Virus record (IMG/VR): IMGVR_UViG_3300044453_000070
Coordinates: 1 to 27,173 of that record
Strand: one strand, 5' to 3'
Source: a virus
Lineage: Duplodnaviria; Caudoviricetes
DNA: 27,173 nucleotides
The position numbers and the translations under genes were made by a program. This document shows positions 24,692-27,173 of the stretch, in pieces (positions within the stretch are counted from its first letter, which is position 1; the number at the start of each line of letters is the position of its first letter). Under the pieces are notes generated by a model. It saw nothing but the letters and a program-made list of their open reading frames with translations, ran no database searches and was not told the origin of the DNA.

Positions 24692-26385
24692 CCTCGTCTC
24701 GGTACCTTGTCACGGCGGGCTGGAGCAATGTCCCGCACCTAGACGAGGACACCAAGCGCGAGCTGCTGAACTCGACGCCGCCGCACCTTCGGGATGCGCG
24801 CACCAAGGGCATCCCTTCGCTCGGTTCCGGTGCGATCTACCCGGTTGCATGGGAGGAAGTCGAGTGTAGGCCGTTCGCTATCCCGGCTTATTGGCCGAAG
24901 GCGTATGCGCTCGACGTGGGCTGGAACAAGACCGCTGCCCTGTGGGGCGCGAAAGACCCGTCCGATGGCGTGCTGTACATCTACGCCGAGCACTATCGAG
25001 GGCAGGAGTTGCCGCCGGTCCACGCCGAGGCGATCAAGGTTCGCGGGGCTTGGATCAAGGGCGCGATTGACCCTGCCGCTCGTGGCCGTGCCCAGCGCGA
25101 CGGCGAGCAACTGATGAGCCAGTATGTGTCGCTCGGGCTGAAGCTGACGCCAGCGAACAACGCGGTCGAGTCTGGCCTGTACGAGATATGGAAACTGCTT
25201 TCCATCGGGCGCATCCGGTTCTTTTCGACGCTGCAGAACACGAAGGCTGAGTATCGCATGTATCGCCGTGATGAGCGCGGCCGGGTGGTGAAAGAGTTCG
25301 ATCACCTGATGGATTGCTTCGTCGCCGACACGCCGGTTCACACCAGTGATGGCATTAAGCGAATTGGCGATATGGTAGGAACAACCGGTCTTGTGAGAAC
25401 GGTCGGCGGCGTGTTTGCTCCTTACCATTCCTGCCAAAAGTATGGCAGCGATCGGCAGGTGGTGACGCTGACATTCTCCGATGGCTCAGAGGTAACCTGT
25501 ACTCCTGATCATAGGTTCATGTCGGGCGGCAAATGGGTCCAAGCGATTGATATGGCAGGGCGCTTGTGCGATACTGCGGTATCGAATAGCGCAGGCTTTA
25601 GCAAATGCCGGTCACGGTCATCTCTGGAACCATTCAGGAATACAAAGGCGAGCGGTACTACCTCTGCGGCAAGTACTTCCAACGCGCGGGGCTGCGCCTT
25701 CACGTCGCTGTTTGGAAGGATGCGAATGGCTGTGATGTCCCAGATGGGCATCACGTCCATCACAAGGACCACGACAGGGCCAACAACCAGCCATGGAACC
25801 TGGAAGCGAAGCCTAAAGGGCTGCATATCTCCGATCACCAGCGCGGGCATGGGCGCGGCATTTCTAGCAATGCACTTGCCGCTGCGGCTGAATGGCATAG
25901 CTCGCCGAGCGGTGCGGAATGGCATCGAAGCCACTATGAGGCAACCAAGCATTTTCTGCATGAACCCGCAGATTTCGTTTGCGAGCATTGTGCCAAGCCG
26001 TTCACGAGCACAGCGAGGGGGCATGCTCGATTTTGCTCGAACAACTGCAAAACCAAGGCACGGAAACTTACTGGAGTTGACGACGAAAGCCGCTCCTGCG
26101 TCCGGTGTGGCTCATCGTTCATTGTCAACCGGTACTCGCGAACCGTCACTTGTAGCCGAAAGTGCGCAGGTGCGGTGTCTGGCGATAAGAGACGCCGGCC
26201 GCGCTGACGTTTACTGTCTGACCGTCCCAAGCACATCAGCTTTCGCCGTAGGCGAGGCAGGCATCATCGCGCACAATTGCCTACGCTACCTCGTCATGAC
26301 GTGGGACCAGATCGCAGCGGTACAGGCCCCGGAGCGCAGCCGCGCGACCGTCAACGCAATCTCTGACATGTACGCAGGTTACTGA
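24679..26385 (+). CDS. terL: terminase large subunit, C-terminal (lid + RNase H-like nuclease) part, intein-containing; 247 aa after splicing
   Basis: GAAAGGG before GTG; AGWSNVPHL..ARTKGIP; YALDVGW, IDPAA, DHLMD|CLRY. Confidence 0.92.
   Translation: MPEITSSRYLVTAGWSNVPHLDEDTKRELLNSTPPHLRDARTKGIPSLGSGAIYPVAWEEVECRPFAIPAYWPKAYALDVGWNKTAALWGAKDPSDGVLYIYAEHYRGQELPPVHAEAIKVRGAWIKGAIDPAARGRAQRDGEQLMSQYVSLGLKLTPANNAVESGLYEIWKLLSIGRIRFFSTLQNTKAEYRMYRRDERGRVVKEFDHLMDCFVADTPVHTSDGIKRIGDMVGTTGLVRTVGGVFAPYHSCQKYGSDRQVVTLTFSDGSEVTCTPDHRFMSGGKWVQAIDMAGRLCDTAVSNSAGFSKCRSRSSLEPFRNTKASGTTSAASTSNARGCAFTSLFGRMRMAVMSQMGITSITRTTTGPTTSHGTWKRSLKGCISPITSAGMGAAFLAMHLPLRLNGIARRAVRNGIEATMRQPSIFCMNPQISFASIVPSRSRAQRGGMLDFARTTAKPRHGNLLELTTKAAPASGVAHRSLSTGTREPSLVAESAQVRCLAIRDAGRADVYCLTVPSTSAFAVGEAGIIAHNCLRYLVMTWDQIAAVQAPERSRATVNAISDMYAGY
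25547..25575 (+). promoter_or_regulatory. candidate internal promoter for the nested HNH gene
   Basis: TTGATA N17 GATACT with extended -10 TG, ending 30 nt before ATG 25605. Confidence 0.6.
25605..26207 (+). CDS. HNH endonuclease in a shifted frame inside intein 2 (200 aa)
   Basis: RLHVAVW....DVPDGHHVHHKDHDRANNQPWNL; C-terminal CEHC..FCSNNC and CVRC..TCSRKC zinc ribbons. Confidence 0.9.
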   Translation: MPVTVISGTIQEYKGERYYLCGKYFQRAGLRLHVAVWKDANGCDVPDGHHVHHKDHDRANNQPWNLEAKPKGLHISDHQRGHGRGISSNALAAAAEWHSSPSGAEWHRSHYEATKHFLHEPADFVCEHCAKPFTSTARGHARFCSNNCKTKARKLTGVDDESRSCVRCGSSFIVNRYSRTVTCSRKCAGAVSGDKRRRPR

Positions 26386-27173
26386 TGGCAGAAATGGCAG
26401 AGATGGCGCCGGAGGCGGTCAACCCCGAAGACGCGCAGCGCAAGTTGCTGGACGCACTGAAGGGCATCGTCGGCCGTCTGGAATCCGAGGCGACGGATCG
26501 TGTCGGCAAGCGCCAGTCGCTTGAGCGACGCTGGATCGAAGACCTTGAGCAGTACCACGGGCGTTACGACACCGAGACGGAAAAGGCGCTGCGGAACGGC
26601 GACAAGTCCAAGCTGTTCATCAACCTGACGCGTCCGAAGACCGACGCGATGGAAGCGCGGTTGACGGACCTTCTGTTCCCGACCGACGACAAGAATTGGG
26701 GCATCGGCCCGACGCCTGTCCCCAGCCTGACCAAGGGCGCAAAGGATGCCGTCGCGCAGGCCCGCCAGAAGGCCGAGGAAGCGAAGGCGGCTGCGGCGGG
26801 TGGCGATCCCGCAATGGCGCAGGCTGCGGCTCAGGAAGCCAACCTGGCCCAGCAGAAGGCCAACGAGCTAAACACGGTTATCGAGGAAGCGTCTCGCCGC
26901 GCCGAACTGATGGCGCAGGAGATAGACGACCAACTGAAGCAGTCCAACTATCACGCGGCCATGCGCGACGTGATCGGTGATGCGGCCAAGCTCGGAACCG
27001 GCGTGTGCAAGGGGCCGGTCACTGGCGACAAGGTGCGCAAGGGTTGGAAGAAGGTCGACGTTGCCGATGGCAACGGGAATGTGTCGAGCCAGTATCAGTT
27101 GCAGATGGCCACGGGCGATCACCCGTCCATGCGCTACGTCGACATCTGGTCGTTCTTCCCCGATATGGACGCT
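26385..27173 (+). CDS. portal protein, 5' part (runs off window)
   Basis: ATG overlaps terL stop; MAEMAEMAPE..W..DLEQY.G..SKLFINLTRPK..LFP..NWGIGPTP; position after terL. Confidence 0.85.
   Translation, partial: MAEMAEMAPEAVNPEDAQRKLLDALKGIVGRLESEATDRVGKRQSLERRWIEDLEQYHGRYDTETEKALRNGDKSKLFINLTRPKTDAMEARLTDLLFPTDDKNWGIGPTPVPSLTKGAKDAVAQARQKAEEAKAAAAGGDPAMAQAAAQEANLAQQKANELNTVIEEASRRAELMAQEIDDQLKQSNYHAAMRDVIGDAAKLGTGVCKGPVTGDKVRKGWKKVDVADGNGNVSSQYQLQMATGDHPSMRYVDIWSFFPDMDA

Larger units (their letters stand above)
25315..26277 (+). mobile_element. intein 2 (321 aa) in TerL nuclease motif
   Basis: Block A CFVADTPV, block B TCTPDHRF, block F/G VYCLTV..GIIAHN, +1 Cys. Confidence 0.95.
1130..27173. 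mobile_element. integrated temperate prophage, left part (continues beyond window)
   Basis: Visible GC drop after ~1130; integrase, recombination genes, cI/cro, antiterminator, terS, terL, portal in lambdoid order. Confidence 0.95.

Noticed and set aside
24739-25437. 232-aa antisense ORF over terL-C, and similar ones at 22384-22968 and 25509-26024
   Set aside because: Checked as further overprinted genes; no recognisable motifs, consistent with GC-rich antisense shadows
25590-25610. Programmed frameshift fusing intein 2 to its HNH
   Set aside because: A TAG at 25599-25601 closes the HNH frame just before its ATG; no convincing slippery heptamer

Overview
Bases 1 to ~1130 are GC-rich alphaproteobacterial (Rhizobiales-like) chromosome: the fabI 3' end, a histidine phosphatase and a DUF1344-like exported protein. 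The rest is the left part of an integrated temperate prophage with lambdoid gene order: integrase, leftward early genes (NinB, SSB, Rad52-like annealase), a cI/cro switch with TGCAT-N3-ATGCA operators, rightward early genes, a NusG-family antiterminator, terS, terL and the start of a portal gene. The standout is the terminase large subunit locus. terL is broken into two ORFs by a free-standing HNH gene, and each half carries an intein at a catalytic motif (Walker A; nuclease DHLMD). Neither intein has an endonuclease in its own frame. Instead each hides a complete HNH endonuclease gene in another frame: antisense in intein 1 and shifted same-strand in intein 2. Each nested gene has candidate expression signals, and the intein frame stays open across it. 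Other oddities are a 110-bp nested palindrome after a wHTH gene (possible origin of a split initiator), several nuclease-regulator fusions and a Mom-like gene. All assignments come from reading motifs by eye; no searches were run, and novelty is unverified.
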